A stretch of 64,000 nucleotides of DNA from a virus (IMGVR_UViG_2721755523_000003:9614-73613); one strand, 5' to 3'; shown: positions 9,530 through 19,566, counted from the stretch's first letter. The notes: generated by a model not told the origin, from the sequence alone. A program made the numbers and translations.

Positions 9530-11127
9530 TCCTGCTCCTGGGGGGCTTGTTTCGGAGGGGTTGCTTTGGGTTGCTGGGGCGCCGCTGCGCCAGCCTTGGG
9601 GGTGGGCAGCATTCCGTCCTTGACCAGGCGCTCGTACTCGGCCAGCTTCTGGTCGTAGGTCTCGTCCCAGCCGCTGCCGAACAGCTCCCACTCCGCGCGC
9701 TCGCGCGTCATCAGCCGCGCGTCGATGGCCTCGACATAGGCCTCGACCTCGGCCTTGGGATCGATGCTGCCCATGCTGTCGCCCGGCCAGGCGGCACGCG
9801 TGTAGGCCCAGCGCAGCAGCGGGTCGGCAAAGAAACCCGGCGCGGGCACGCGGCCGCGCGCCACCGCCTCGGTCAGCCAGGTCTCGAACACCGGCTGGCA
9901 AAAGCTCAGCGACAGCCAGTAGCGCACGCTGCGGAAATACACCCAGGCATCCAGCAGCGCGGCCTTGCTGGCGGAATAGCTGGAGTTGAACTGCTTGACC
10001 AGCAGCTCGAAGGGGATGCCCAGGGCGACGCCCATCTGCTTGATGACCGCCTGGATGAAGGGCTCGAAATTCGGGTTGGGCCGCACCGGGTTGACGAAGC
10101 TGGCTTTTTCACCCGGCGCCAGGCCCACCACGGCGCCCATGCCCAGGGCGATATCCGCGGGCGCCTCGCTCTGAGTCGCGCTGGAGCCATCGAACACCGG
10201 CGCAACGCTGCCACCAGGCGCCTCGATGAACACGGTGAGGTAGGCCGTCAGCACTGCGGCCATGATCTCGGCCTCGGTGTAGCGCGAGATCTGCTTGATG
10301 CAGTCGATGATCGGCGCCAGGTAAGGCACGCCCCGGGGCATTCCCGGGCGAAGGCAGCGGAAGTGGTGCAGCATGCGGCGGCGACCGCTGCGGCCCAGGC
10401 GTTCGATCCATTCGCCCTTGTATGCACCACCCGCTGTTGGCAAGCCGCTGCCCGGGTGCTTGTCGTACAGGTGGTAGGCCTCTGGTGCACCGTGAGCGTT
10501 CAGGCGCACGCCGCCGGACTCGGTGTCACTGTCGGCCTTGCCGCCGGGGTTGCCGACGCGGTCGGCTTCCAGCACCTGGATGCGCAGCTCGTAGGGCTGG
10601 GTGGCCGTGCGTTCGCCATCAGGCAGAAGGGAGAAGCAATCGCCGCTTTCCAACGCCGACCGCAGGACCAGCGCCTGCAGCTGGTAGAAATTCTGCTTGC
10701 CCTCGATATCGCACTCGGTGCTGTCGGCCCACAGGCTGAATTCCTGCTGCACCTTGGCTTTCCACGCCAGAGCGCGGTCGCGCGACCAGCCCAACACCGC
10801 CAGATTCGGCTGCGCGCTGAGCGCCAGGCCCGTGCCCACGACCCGGTCGATGTTGGTGTTGATGGCACCCACCGCGATGGGGCTGGTGCGCGCAAGCTCG
10901 CGCGACGCGCCACGCTGGAAAGGCAGTTGGCGCATCGTGTCCGACCGGGCATCCCGGGGACGCGGATTCCAGAAGCGGCGCGGAGAGGCAGAGCCGGCGG
11001 ATGGCATCTCGCCGCCCATGGCCTGCATTGCTCCCAGCGTCTGGACCTTGGCGCGGGACAGCGCCCTATCAGCCGCCCAGCCGGGAGCCACCGCTGCAAT
11101 CGCGCGGTCAAGCAGATTGAGTTCCAT
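9526..11127 (-). CDS. Portal protein, lambda family
   Basis: 533 aa; LRIQVLEADR, RPGMPRGVP, YSASKAALL, IDPKAEVEA motifs. Confidence 0.92.
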   Translation of the reverse strand: MELNLLDRAIAAVAPGWAADRALSRAKVQTLGAMQAMGGEMPSAGSASPRRFWNPRPRDARSDTMRQLPFQRGASRELARTSPIAVGAINTNIDRVVGTGLALSAQPNLAVLGWSRDRALAWKAKVQQEFSLWADSTECDIEGKQNFYQLQALVLRSALESGDCFSLLPDGERTATQPYELRIQVLEADRVGNPGGKADSDTESGGVRLNAHGAPEAYHLYDKHPGSGLPTAGGAYKGEWIERLGRSGRRRMLHHFRCLRPGMPRGVPYLAPIIDCIKQISRYTEAEIMAAVLTAYLTVFIEAPGGSVAPVFDGSSATQSEAPADIALGMGAVVGLAPGEKASFVNPVRPNPNFEPFIQAVIKQMGVALGIPFELLVKQFNSSYSASKAALLDAWVYFRSVRYWLSLSFCQPVFETWLTEAVARGRVPAPGFFADPLLRWAYTRAAWPGDSMGSIDPKAEVEAYVEAIDARLMTRERAEWELFGSGWDETYDQKLAEYERLVKDGMLPTPKAGAAAPQQPKATPPKQAPQEQE

Positions 11128-11133
11128 GGCGGT

Positions 11134-11376
11134 TTACCGGGGGGACAGGTAAACGACGCGGCGCACGCGGCCGGCCAGGCCCTGCAGGCGCTCGATGTTG
11201 GCGCGGCACTGCTGGATGCCCGCGCGGACCTGCTCGAGATCAGCGCGGCGATTGCGCCTGGCGGTCTGTCCGTTGCCGATCATGTACTCCTGCGAATTCA
11301 GGATGCGTTGCTCGGCGTCGAGATAGGACTGCAGGCGCTCCCGCTCCTGCTGCAGTTCGGTGGCGGCATCAGTCAT
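11134..11376 (-). CDS. Head-tail connector, lambda gpW-like
   Basis: 80 aa helical protein with SQEYMIGNG...RADL immediately upstream of portal. Confidence 0.65.
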   Translation of the reverse strand: MTDAATELQQERERLQSYLDAEQRILNSQEYMIGNGQTARRNRRADLEQVRAGIQQCRANIERLQGLAGRVRRVVYLSPR

Positions 11377-12128
11377 TACCAAGATCCTTTGGATTGCAGG
11401 CCAGCAATCGCGCGCTCGAACTCGGGACGGAAACGCTCCAGCGCCACGCGCTGAACGGTGCCGCTGAAGTCGAGCCGGACCGAATAGTCCGGCGCATTGC
11501 TGGTGAAGACGAACAGGGCGCGCAGGCGCTTGCCCTCGCGCCGCCAGATGCCGTCAGGCCGACCACCGCCCTGCGGCTGGCCCACGAACATGTCATTGGC
11601 CAGGCGCCGGCCCTTGCGCAGCTTGGCACCCGTGGCACGGTCGCGCGTGGAGCTGGCGGCACGGATGCCCTTGAGGGCGTTGAGGATGGTGCGAACCTGG
11701 GCGCCGCTGACGTTGCCGTAGGCATCCAGCTTGGCCGCTGCGCCAGGCATGGCGTACTGCGTGGGCGACAGCACGCCCTGGTAGCGCAGGGCCATCTCCA
11801 GGCCCTTGTGCTTGCGCACGCCGCCCTCGACTTCGGGGAACAGGAAGTTTTCCGGGGCCACGCCCGGGGCATGGGCGCCCGTCTTGACCATCACGCGTGC
11901 CACCAGGTTGTCCTTGGTGGCGGGCTCGATGCGCAGCGCGTTGAGCGTGTAGGGCACCGGGTTGGAGAACACCTTGCGCATCTCGGCCGGCAGATCCTCG
12001 GTCTGCGCCTGTTTGGCGCAGCGGGTCAGCGCCGTGGCCGCAGCATAGGGAATCATGCGCGACGGCACGCCGCGCACGGACGCGATCACGTCGGCGATCG
12101 AGGCGCCCGTGCGGTGGATGGAAAGCAT
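11376..12128 (-). CDS. Basic virion morphogenesis/minor tail protein (gpZ-like)
   Basis: 250 aa basic protein, ALTRCAKQAQ...FSNPVPYTLNAL; first gene after the late regulatory region. Confidence 0.55.
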   Translation of the reverse strand: MLSIHRTGASIADVIASVRGVPSRMIPYAAATALTRCAKQAQTEDLPAEMRKVFSNPVPYTLNALRIEPATKDNLVARVMVKTGAHAPGVAPENFLFPEVEGGVRKHKGLEMALRYQGVLSPTQYAMPGAAAKLDAYGNVSGAQVRTILNALKGIRAASSTRDRATGAKLRKGRRLANDMFVGQPQGGGRPDGIWRREGKRLRALFVFTSNAPDYSVRLDFSGTVQRVALERFRPEFERAIAGLQSKGSW

Positions 12129-12141
12129 GGATGGAAGCTCC

Positions 12142-12179
12142 AAAACAAAGCCCCCGACTCCTTTCGGAGACCGGGGGCT
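12142..12179 (-). terminator. Intrinsic terminator
   Basis: AGCCCC...GGGGCT hairpin followed by TTTGTTTT on the minus strand. Confidence 0.65.
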
Positions 12180-12275
12180 GATACCGACTTTCGCTGCTGC
12201 GGTGGGGTGTCGGGAGGGTGTTTCTGCGTCAGGCGGATTTTTTAGACCTACCTGAATTACTGCGAATTTTGGGGT

Positions 12276-12328
12276 GTTTTGTCACCTGCCGTCCACGGAA
12301 AAAGTGTCACCTCTGGAGGTGACAAAAC
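12276..12328. promoter_or_regulatory. Putative late-gene activator binding site (TGTCACCT repeats)
   Basis: Perfect 12-bp inverted repeat GTTTTGTCACCT/AGGTGACAAAAC with a third TGTCACCT between them, upstream of structural genes. Confidence 0.55.
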
Positions 12329-12381
12329 AGGCTTTGACACTTCGGTCGACTGCAGCTAAAGGAACGAGGAATTGCAGGCGC

Positions 12382-12822
12382 TCACTGCGGCGACTGAATG
12401 GACGTGACCACGCCGTTCTCGAGATAGACATACTGGGATATACCGCCGCCACGGCGATAGACCCACTGCTCATTCACACCGTTGCTGCCGATGGTCTTGT
12501 TGATCTTGGTCGGACTGCCCCAAGAATTCTTGACTTGCGATTCAGACATGCCGCGCATGACCTTGCCGGAGATCATTGCGTCGAACTTCTCGTTGTCGTC
12601 CCGCATCTTTCCCAGGCGCGCTTGCGCACTGGCCTGATCAGCCCCCGTGTCCATTGCGGGGGCTGCATTGATCACCTCCGCTGACTTGGAGTCATTGGTG
12701 CAGGCGTGCTCCTGGTAGGTGACCTTGCCATTGGCATCCTTGCACTTGTTGATGGCCAAAGCTTGACCGCCAATGGCCAAAAGACAAGCCGCCAACACAG
12801 TGGCGCGACGAGTACTGCGCAT
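12382..12822 (-). CDS. Exported protein with DUF4124-like N-terminus and SmpA/OmlA-like C-terminus (moron)
   Basis: Signal peptide MRSTRRATVLAACLLAIGGQALA, INKCKDANGKVTYQEHAC, GMSESQVKNSWGSP; lower GC. Confidence 0.75.
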   Translation of the reverse strand: MRSTRRATVLAACLLAIGGQALAINKCKDANGKVTYQEHACTNDSKSAEVINAAPAMDTGADQASAQARLGKMRDDNEKFDAMISGKVMRGMSESQVKNSWGSPTKINKTIGSNGVNEQWVYRRGGGISQYVYLENGVVTSIQSPQ

Positions 12823-12844
12823 TACCTCTCTCCTGAATAGATTT

Positions 12845-13315
12845 CTATGGCCCCATTCGTTCCGCAAGAATGGACTGCGATGCGGAATATAGGCGCTTTC
12901 TGAAGTCACCCAACACAGAATAGAAATGTTTGCGACTGATTCGCAGTGCCGAGGCCGCCACCTTCACGGGCGCAACCCGGTGCACGTAGTACAGATCGAA
13001 GACCTGCTTGTCGAGTGCGTCCGGCTGGCAGGTGTAGGCCAGGTGAAAGGCCGCCAGCTCGGCGCTGCAGGCCGCGTTGGGTCCATCGGTGCGCAGTGGC
13101 CTGGTGCGCGTGCCGCTGAGCTGGCCCAATATCGAGCCCATGCTGGGCGATGGTCCGTAGAAGCGCCGCGTGGCCTTCCACGCAACCCAGCGCTCGCACA
13201 GCTGGTCCAGATCACGCTGCTCGTCGCTGGCTTCCGGGTCGACGTCATCGTCCGGGGCCGGTGCAGTGGCGGCCAGGCGCAGGGCCTCGGGGTCGTACAG
13301 GTCGGAGCGGATCAT
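12845..13315 (-). CDS. Late transcription regulator (Q/sigma region-4-like HTH)
   Basis: 156 aa, C-terminal HTH-like VFDLYYVHRVAPVKVAASALRISRKHFYSVL; ATGA overlap with terminase stop. Confidence 0.6.
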   Translation of the reverse strand: MIRSDLYDPEALRLAATAPAPDDDVDPEASDEQRDLDQLCERWVAWKATRRFYGPSPSMGSILGQLSGTRTRPLRTDGPNAACSAELAAFHLAYTCQPDALDKQVFDLYYVHRVAPVKVAASALRISRKHFYSVLGDFRKRLYSASQSILAERMGP

Positions 13316-15405
13316 CGGATTCCCTTTGAATAGATGCGGCGGCCGGCCGGCGCAGAGGGCGCAATTGGCGGCAGTGGGATGGACGGTGTGGCCGCAGCGG
13401 CCGGTGGCGGCGCCAGCGGCTGGGCTGCGGGTGCGGCGATTGCCCTCTCGGCAGGTACAGACGTCTGTACGGGCAGATCGGCTGGTGCAGCGGGCGGCTG
13501 GGTTGCGGTATCCGTGGCAGGCACAGGCGCGAACAGATCGCCGATGGGCGGAATCAGCTTGTCGCGCAGCCGCTGCCAGTCCAACGGGGTCCATTTGTGC
13601 AGGCCCAGCTGGTGGGCGATGGCCAGGTTGTAGACGCTGACGTCCCAGGCTTCGTTGCGCTTGCCGTTGGGCTTGATCCATTCGCGGATGGCACGGCCCT
13701 TGTGCCAGCGCACCCGGGGCTGCTCGACCACCATCTGGTCAAACCACTCGATCGGCAGCGTCTGGTTGAAGTGCATGGCCCCTGCGCCTTCGGCGAGATG
13801 CATGCGGTTGGACAGCCAATCCTTGGCAACGTCGGTACCCACGGTCCACAACTCCACGCCGCCCGGCGTCTTGCTGCCGCCCCAATCGATGTCCACACGG
13901 CTGGGGGAGCTGCCCATGATCGGCTTGTTGGGCCGCGACGAGCCGTGCAACACGGTGCAGTTCAAGGGCCTGCGGGCAGAGCCGTAGTTGTAGACGTCCT
14001 GCGTGTTGGCGCCACCGGCGTCGATGCCGTAGGCGCTGATCATGATGGGCCGGCCCGAGGCGTGCAGCAGCGGCGTGCGCCGGATCTCGTCCAGCCGCTG
14101 CCAGACACTGCCCGGCGCCTCGGGGGGCTCCGAGGGTGAGCCTTGCAGCACGATGTAGTCGATCACCCAATGCTCCAGGCCCGGACCCCAGGCCTCGATC
14201 TGCACTTCCAGACGGTCGGGCTGGGTGTCGGCCGTCATGGTCGCAACCAGCGCCGGATCGGGCAGCACGCGCAGCGGGTACTTCTCGGCGCGGTCGCGCA
14301 GCTGCGTGGCCGTGGTGATGGTCTCGGCGTTCTTGTATGACAGGCCCAGCCGCGTGTTGTAGAACACCTGCATGGCGTTGTGATCGCCCCGCTGCAGCTG
14401 CGCCTTGGCGTGCGAGTAGTCCCGCGCCAGCGTCAGCCAGGTGATGGCGCCGACCGGCATGTAGAACGCCGACAGCGTGAAGCTCACGGTCTCGCCATCG
14501 CCCTTGGATGTGGCGACCCAGCGCGCCTGCCCGCCGGCGGCCACGTCGCGCAGCATGGCGGTCTTGTGGCGCTCATCGATCTCGCAGCCGCAGGCTGGGC
14601 ACACGAACCAGGCGCGGTCCATGAAGCCGGTCTGCTCATCGCGGGCGAACCGGAAGTTCTCCAGCGCCAGCACATGCAGGTGCTCGCAGTGCGGGCAAGG
14701 CACGTGGTAGTACTCCTGCGTGCCCCGGGCAAACAGCTCGTCGATCTTCGAGAAGCCCTCGATGGCCGGGCTGGATGTGTAGAAGAACTTGCAGTCGTTC
14801 TCGTACTGCGAGGCCCGTGCCTCGGCCAGGCGCACCGGATCGCCCTCGCCATCGATATTCAGCAGCAGCCGGTCTATCTCGTCGACATAGATGTAGGGCG
14901 CCGAGACTTCGGCCAGGTTGGCGGCAGAGCCGGCCGTGTTCATGAACAGCGTGGCATCGCCCAGGAAATCCTTGGCCTGCACCGTATTGCGGGAATCGCG
15001 GCTCTTCGAGGCGGCCACGCGCTCGGCCAGCACCGGCACGTTGCGGATCATCGTCGTGACGCGCGCCGAGAAGCGCTTGACCAGGGTATCCGTGGGCTGC
15101 AGGGCCAGGATGTTGCGCGGGCGGCAGTGGATCAGCGAGGCGATCCAGTTGAGCGCTGTCTGCGTCTTGAACATCTGGGACGCCACCTTCGCCACCACGC
15201 GCTTGCAGGGGTGGCCGGGCGAAAGCACCTGGTGCACACGCCGGGCCGGATAGCTGCGGTCGAACCGGAAGGGGCCGGGCTTGGGGCCGCTCTGCGGCAG
15301 CTGCATGAACTTCTCTGCCCAGACATCGCACTGCAGTTCGGGATCAGGGCGCATGCCCTCGATCGCTGCGGCCACCATAAGGCCGTATCCATCCGCCAGG
15401 TTCAT
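13312..15405 (-). CDS. Terminase large subunit, lambda gpA family
   Basis: VVAKVASQMFKT Walker A variant, IYVDEID Walker B, TSSP motif, CPHC/CPAC zinc ligands, NEAWDVSVY nuclease motif. Confidence 0.93.
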   Translation of the reverse strand: MNLADGYGLMVAAAIEGMRPDPELQCDVWAEKFMQLPQSGPKPGPFRFDRSYPARRVHQVLSPGHPCKRVVAKVASQMFKTQTALNWIASLIHCRPRNILALQPTDTLVKRFSARVTTMIRNVPVLAERVAASKSRDSRNTVQAKDFLGDATLFMNTAGSAANLAEVSAPYIYVDEIDRLLLNIDGEGDPVRLAEARASQYENDCKFFYTSSPAIEGFSKIDELFARGTQEYYHVPCPHCEHLHVLALENFRFARDEQTGFMDRAWFVCPACGCEIDERHKTAMLRDVAAGGQARWVATSKGDGETVSFTLSAFYMPVGAITWLTLARDYSHAKAQLQRGDHNAMQVFYNTRLGLSYKNAETITTATQLRDRAEKYPLRVLPDPALVATMTADTQPDRLEVQIEAWGPGLEHWVIDYIVLQGSPSEPPEAPGSVWQRLDEIRRTPLLHASGRPIMISAYGIDAGGANTQDVYNYGSARRPLNCTVLHGSSRPNKPIMGSSPSRVDIDWGGSKTPGGVELWTVGTDVAKDWLSNRMHLAEGAGAMHFNQTLPIEWFDQMVVEQPRVRWHKGRAIREWIKPNGKRNEAWDVSVYNLAIAHQLGLHKWTPLDWQRLRDKLIPPIGDLFAPVPATDTATQPPAAPADLPVQTSVPAERAIAAPAAQPLAPPPAAAATPSIPLPPIAPSAPAGRRIYSKGIR

Positions 15406-15965
15406 GATGCCGCTCCCTCGGGCAAGGCACGCTGCAGGCGCTGCTCTGCAATGGCGAAGGCCTTGCGCAGTTCCTCGTTGATCAAGCGCTCGATCTCGCG
15501 CGAATCGGCCAGGCCCACCAGCAGGGGCGCCGCCCGCTGGCCCACGCCCATGGCTTCATCACGCAGCGCGCGGAAGGCATCGAACACGCCGCGCCAGGCG
15601 GCCTCGCGCTCCACCAGGCGGCCAGCCTCGCGGGCGTTCTCGCGCTCCTCACGCTCCACGGACGCGCGCTCCCGGCGCACGCGCAGGGCCTGGTAGTCGT
15701 CGCCGGCCGCAGGCTGGGCCGAATCCGGGGCCTGTGGCGCGTTTCTCGCATCGCCCTCGCCTGCCCCTTGCTCGATGGGCAGCAACGCGCCAGCGCGCCC
15801 GCTGTCGGCCCTGGCGCGCGTGTTCTGTGCCCACTGCAGGTCCGCCAGCGCAGCATGGATCTTTCCATCGATCAGCGCGATCCGGCCTTCCTTCACGGCC
15901 TTGGCCACGGCCGACTTCGCCACGCCCCGGCGCCGCGCGTACTCGGCCTGCGTGATCAGGTCCAT
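15402..15965 (-). CDS. Terminase small subunit
   Basis: N-terminal HTH (TQAEYARRRGVAKSAVAKAVKEGRI), coiled coil; overlaps terL start. Confidence 0.85.
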   Translation of the reverse strand: MDLITQAEYARRRGVAKSAVAKAVKEGRIALIDGKIHAALADLQWAQNTRARADSGRAGALLPIEQGAGEGDARNAPQAPDSAQPAAGDDYQALRVRRERASVEREERENAREAGRLVEREAAWRGVFDAFRALRDEAMGVGQRAAPLLVGLADSREIERLINEELRKAFAIAEQRLQRALPEGAAS

Positions 15966-15971
15966 GCGCCC

Positions 15972-16082
15972 GTTCACTTCGACCCCCGGCGTTCACCGCT
16001 TTGTTCACTTTTCCCAAACCCAGCCACTGGCGCCTGCGCGGGGGCCGAATTACCCCCGTGATTCCATGCGCCGGGAGTACCT
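15972..16082 (-). promoter_or_regulatory. cos-like packaging site (cosQ/cosN-like element plus GTGAAC repeats)
   Basis: Minus strand AGGTACTCCC...CACGGGGGTAATTCGGCCCCCGCG, then three GTGAAC copies before terS; layout resembles lambda cosQ-cosN-cosB. Confidence 0.5.
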
Positions 16083-16166
16083 ATGCCGGGGGTGGTGGTG
16101 CCGCCGGCCGTCAACAGATCCAGCCCTTCCATTTCTTCCTTCCTCTCTCTATACAAACAAAGAAGT

Positions 16167-16393
16167 GATTACGTAGTTACGAGCGCGCGTAACAGCGAAA
16201 CCCGCGCCAGGCTTGGCGCGTTACACGATTACGCCGTTACACGCCTCACGCATGTGCATGCACGCGCCCACACACACCCGCCCACCCGCCTGCATGCACA
16301 CACACATACGCGAGGCTGCTGTAACGCTGTAATCGTGTAACGACCCGCGCCAGTGCTGGATTCCAGCGTTACGCGTCGGTGTAATGGCGTAAC
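16167..16393. repeat. Putative replication origin: 12 (G/A)TTAC / GTAA(C/T) iterons around an alternating purine-pyrimidine tract
   Basis: Copies at 16167, 16176, 16189, 16220, 16227, 16236, 16321, 16329, 16337, 16368, 16381, 16389; non-coding gap after helicase. Confidence 0.55.
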
Positions 16394-16402
16394 GGCGCTG
16401 CA

Positions 16403-18052
16403 CTACTGACCTCCCTGTGGTTCTTGCTCGTTGGGGGCCGGGGCACCGCTGCCATAGCCCGAGTACTTGCGCAGCGCATCCGCGAAGTCGCGCACGGCCG
16501 AGGTGGCCCAATCGCCCTCGGTCATGCGCTGCGCGCCCTCGCCCAGGATCGGCTCGGTCACCAGGAACATGCGCTCGGTCTTCTTGGCCTGCCCGGGCCG
16601 GGTCACGTTCATGGGCTTGGTGCGCACCGGGCAGCCCTGCCCCTCGGCAAAGCGCACCACCGTGGGCGTGAAGCGCGTCTGGGGGAAGGGGTAGCGGTCG
16701 CCCGTGCGCTGACACCATTTCAGGTATGCGGCATAGGCCTGGGTGATGGCGCAGGAGTGGTAGGGCAGATCCAGCTCGCCCGCCTGCCACTCGGACCAGA
16801 ACAGCTCGGGGCTCTTGCGGTTGATCGCAATCAGTGCCGACTTGGCTTCCGTCATCGGGGCCGGGGCAAAGGGGTGGAAATCGCCGAGCGGGTAGTTGAG
16901 CAGGTAGTGGTAGAACGCCTCCACCCCGCCACTGTCGCGCCAGTCGCCCAGCGCCTTGTAGTACTCGAAGCCCTTGGCCCGGGGCGTGTAGACCACCAGG
17001 TAGCGCCGGTCGGAGTTGTCCAGCGCCAGCGGCTGCAGCTCGTTGGAGAGGAACACGATGTTCATGTGGTTCTTCTCCTCGCGCCGCGTCAGGTGCTTGG
17101 GGTTGATCTGCACAGTGGGCGAGGTGATCAGCGCCTTCAGCCGGTTCTTGTTGTGGACCAGCTCGGCCCGGCTGGACACTTCGTCGCCCACCACGAACAG
17201 CTTGCAGCTGCGCCAATCGTTGTGCTTGTCCTCCAGCTCGTCCTGCCCCACCAGGGCGCCGTACTTGCCGTAGATGGCAACCATGATGTCGAACAGGAAG
17301 TTCTTGCCCGCGCCCTCATCGCCATGCATCACCACCGCCGTGCGCAGCTTGGTGCCGGGATGCTGCAGTGGGTAGGCCAGCCAGCACAGCAGCCAATGCA
17401 TGATGTCGCCGGTATCGCCCTCATCGGGCGTGGCCCGGCTGGTCAAGAAGGAAACGAGTTCCAGCATGGGCTGCACGTCGCCCTCTTTCGGCACCATGGC
17501 CATGCCGTCGAACAGGTTCACGGTGGAAGCCGGGTCGGCCTGCAGGGTGGGGTCGAACACCACGTCTTCCAGCCGCACCGTGCGCCGCTTCTCGCTGGCC
17601 TTCCACATCCGCACCATGTCGGCGCCATGGGCGTGGCCCATGTTGGCGATCTTCATGATCAGCCGCTCCGATCCGTCCCACACCGTGTCCGTGCCGTAGA
17701 TCAGCGCGAAGTTCTCGATCAGGTGGTTGAACCGGCCCCAATCGATGGTCTTCTCCTTCTTTCGCCCCTGCACAGGCTGGTCGGCGGCAGGGCTCTTGCC
17801 ACCCCCATCCCCAGAGTCGCGCGCAGCTGCGCCTTTTTTGGGGGACGGGGGGCGCTGGGCGAGATCCGGCGCCGGCCGCGCCTCGCCCGCGATGCGCACA
17901 CCCGACTGAAAGTCGACGTGCACAACAGCCCCATCCAGCGGCGCTGGCGCGCCGTGAGTGGACGAAGCATGCGACTCTCCGGTCGCATGCGGTGGCGCCG
18001 TTGACGGCAATGGCGCCGCGCTGGGGTTGAGGTTGTCGGTGTTCTCAGCCAT
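16403..18052 (-). CDS. SF3/D5-type primase-associated helicase (DUF5906-like)
   Basis: Walker A GDEGAGKN, Walker B VVGDE, motif C IVFLSN. Confidence 0.88.
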   Translation of the reverse strand: MAENTDNLNPSAAPLPSTAPPHATGESHASSTHGAPAPLDGAVVHVDFQSGVRIAGEARPAPDLAQRPPSPKKGAAARDSGDGGGKSPAADQPVQGRKKEKTIDWGRFNHLIENFALIYGTDTVWDGSERLIMKIANMGHAHGADMVRMWKASEKRRTVRLEDVVFDPTLQADPASTVNLFDGMAMVPKEGDVQPMLELVSFLTSRATPDEGDTGDIMHWLLCWLAYPLQHPGTKLRTAVVMHGDEGAGKNFLFDIMVAIYGKYGALVGQDELEDKHNDWRSCKLFVVGDEVSSRAELVHNKNRLKALITSPTVQINPKHLTRREEKNHMNIVFLSNELQPLALDNSDRRYLVVYTPRAKGFEYYKALGDWRDSGGVEAFYHYLLNYPLGDFHPFAPAPMTEAKSALIAINRKSPELFWSEWQAGELDLPYHSCAITQAYAAYLKWCQRTGDRYPFPQTRFTPTVVRFAEGQGCPVRTKPMNVTRPGQAKKTERMFLVTEPILGEGAQRMTEGDWATSAVRDFADALRKYSGYGSGAPAPNEQEPQGGQ

Positions 18053-19118
18053 ACCGCCTCGCCATCGCATCGACCACCGCCACCAGCTGCCGGCGGACCA
18101 CGTCCAGGCCCTCAAGGACGTGCAAATCGTTGAAGTCCGTATCCTTCGGCCCCCGTGTCGAGGCCTTGAAGATGGGCCAGACCAGATCGCAGCCGTCCGT
18201 GGCCTTGGCGGCCCGGCTGGCGGCCGTGCGGCCCGGGTTGAGCAGCGCGCCCGTGCGCTTGTCCCGGGTCATGTAGTCGTCGTCGGCCAGGATCAGAATG
18301 CGCGTAGCCGGGTACAGCGCCCGCAGCACTCGCACCACCTCGGCCAGGTTGCCGGCGTCCAGGGCCACGAACACCGGGTGCTGGTGGTCGACCGCCATGC
18401 GGGCTGTCAGGCCCGTGGCATAGCCCTCGACCACCATCAGCAGCGCGGTGCTGGCAGCGTCGATCTCGCCCAGGCGGATGCAGCAGCCCGGCTTGTCGAA
18501 GGCCCGCAGGTAGATCTTCATGCCGTCCGGCTTGATGAACTGCAGCCCGCGCAGTGCCTGGTCGCGGGGCAGATCGGGGCGCACCAGGGGCAGCAGCGTG
18601 GTGCCGGCCGGCAGGCGCACCACCACGTCTTCATCACCACGCTTACGGGCAGGCCAGCGCAGCGACAGCTGGCGGTCCAGCGCGCGGAAGGCCTCGCCCT
18701 GCACCTGCTTGCGGTCCAGATAGGGCGTAGTGGCCACGCGCACACCCTTGCGCCAGATGTCGATGGCTTCAGCCATCGCATTGGCGATCTCGGCAGCACG
18801 CTCGATCGCCACAGCCTCCGCCAGCGCCTTGCGGTGGGCCGCCTGGCGGGCGCGCTCGGCCTCGGACAGGGGCGCCAGGTCAATCTCCACCTTCTGCCAA
18901 TCGCCGCCATGCCGATAGGTGCCGAACGAGCCGACCACATACGTGCCGCCGGCATCTGGCTGCCACAGGTGCAGCTTGTACCAATCCTTGCCGCCGGCGC
19001 CGCAGGTGGTCTTGCGCCCTGCCCTGATCCTGTCAGGCAGATCACGCCGATCCCGGTCGCGCAGCGCGATGCCGAAATGCTCCATCTGGTGCAGCACGCT
19101 CTGGTAGTTGTCCATCAC
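18045..19118 (-). CDS. Toprim-domain primase
   Basis: VVEGYATG, VALDAGNL, LADDD, DFNDLH toprim motifs. Confidence 0.85.
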   Translation of the reverse strand: MMDNYQSVLHQMEHFGIALRDRDRRDLPDRIRAGRKTTCGAGGKDWYKLHLWQPDAGGTYVVGSFGTYRHGGDWQKVEIDLAPLSEAERARQAAHRKALAEAVAIERAAEIANAMAEAIDIWRKGVRVATTPYLDRKQVQGEAFRALDRQLSLRWPARKRGDEDVVVRLPAGTTLLPLVRPDLPRDQALRGLQFIKPDGMKIYLRAFDKPGCCIRLGEIDAASTALLMVVEGYATGLTARMAVDHQHPVFVALDAGNLAEVVRVLRALYPATRILILADDDYMTRDKRTGALLNPGRTAASRAAKATDGCDLVWPIFKASTRGPKDTDFNDLHVLEGLDVVRRQLVAVVDAMARRYG

Positions 19119-19498
19119 GCCCTGCCCTCTTTCAGCCGCTCCAGCCGCGCCACCAGCAGCGATGCGTGGCCCACCGTGCGCTCCAGCTCGCGCGTCAGCT
19201 TCGTGGCCTCGGTCACAGGGTCCAGCGGCATGGGCGGCGCGTAGCCTGCCTCATGCAGCAGATAGGCGGTCAGGCCGTGAAAGCCGATCTCGCAGCACTT
19301 GCGCATCAGCAGCAGCAACTGGCCCGGGCTCAGCCGCTCGGCCCGGGCCGGGTTCAGCGCATCCAGCAGATAGCGCGCCGCCGCATCGGGCTGCTTTTCG
19401 GGGAACAGCAGTTCGCCCACCTTCTTCGGGCCACCGAGGTACTTCACAGCATCCTTGGCAGCCTCCAGCTCATCGTCGTAATTGAGTGCTGGGTCCAT
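19115..19498 (-). CDS. CII-like phage regulatory protein
   Basis: 127 aa, LGGPKKVGELLFPEK...LLDALNPARAERLSP pattern; downstream of cro. Confidence 0.65.
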   Translation of the reverse strand: MDPALNYDDELEAAKDAVKYLGGPKKVGELLFPEKQPDAAARYLLDALNPARAERLSPGQLLLLMRKCCEIGFHGLTAYLLHEAGYAPPMPLDPVTEATKLTRELERTVGHASLLVARLERLKEGRA

Positions 19499-19529
19499 GT
19501 TTCAGACCTCCAAAATCAGGGAAAACCCT

Positions 19530-19566
19530 TTCCGACGCGTTCCGAATTTGTCGGAACGCGTCGGAA
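19530..19566. repeat. Perfect 16-bp-arm palindrome, copy 1
   Basis: TTCCGACGCGTTCCGA-ATTTG-TCGGAACGCGTCGGAA. Confidence 0.95.
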
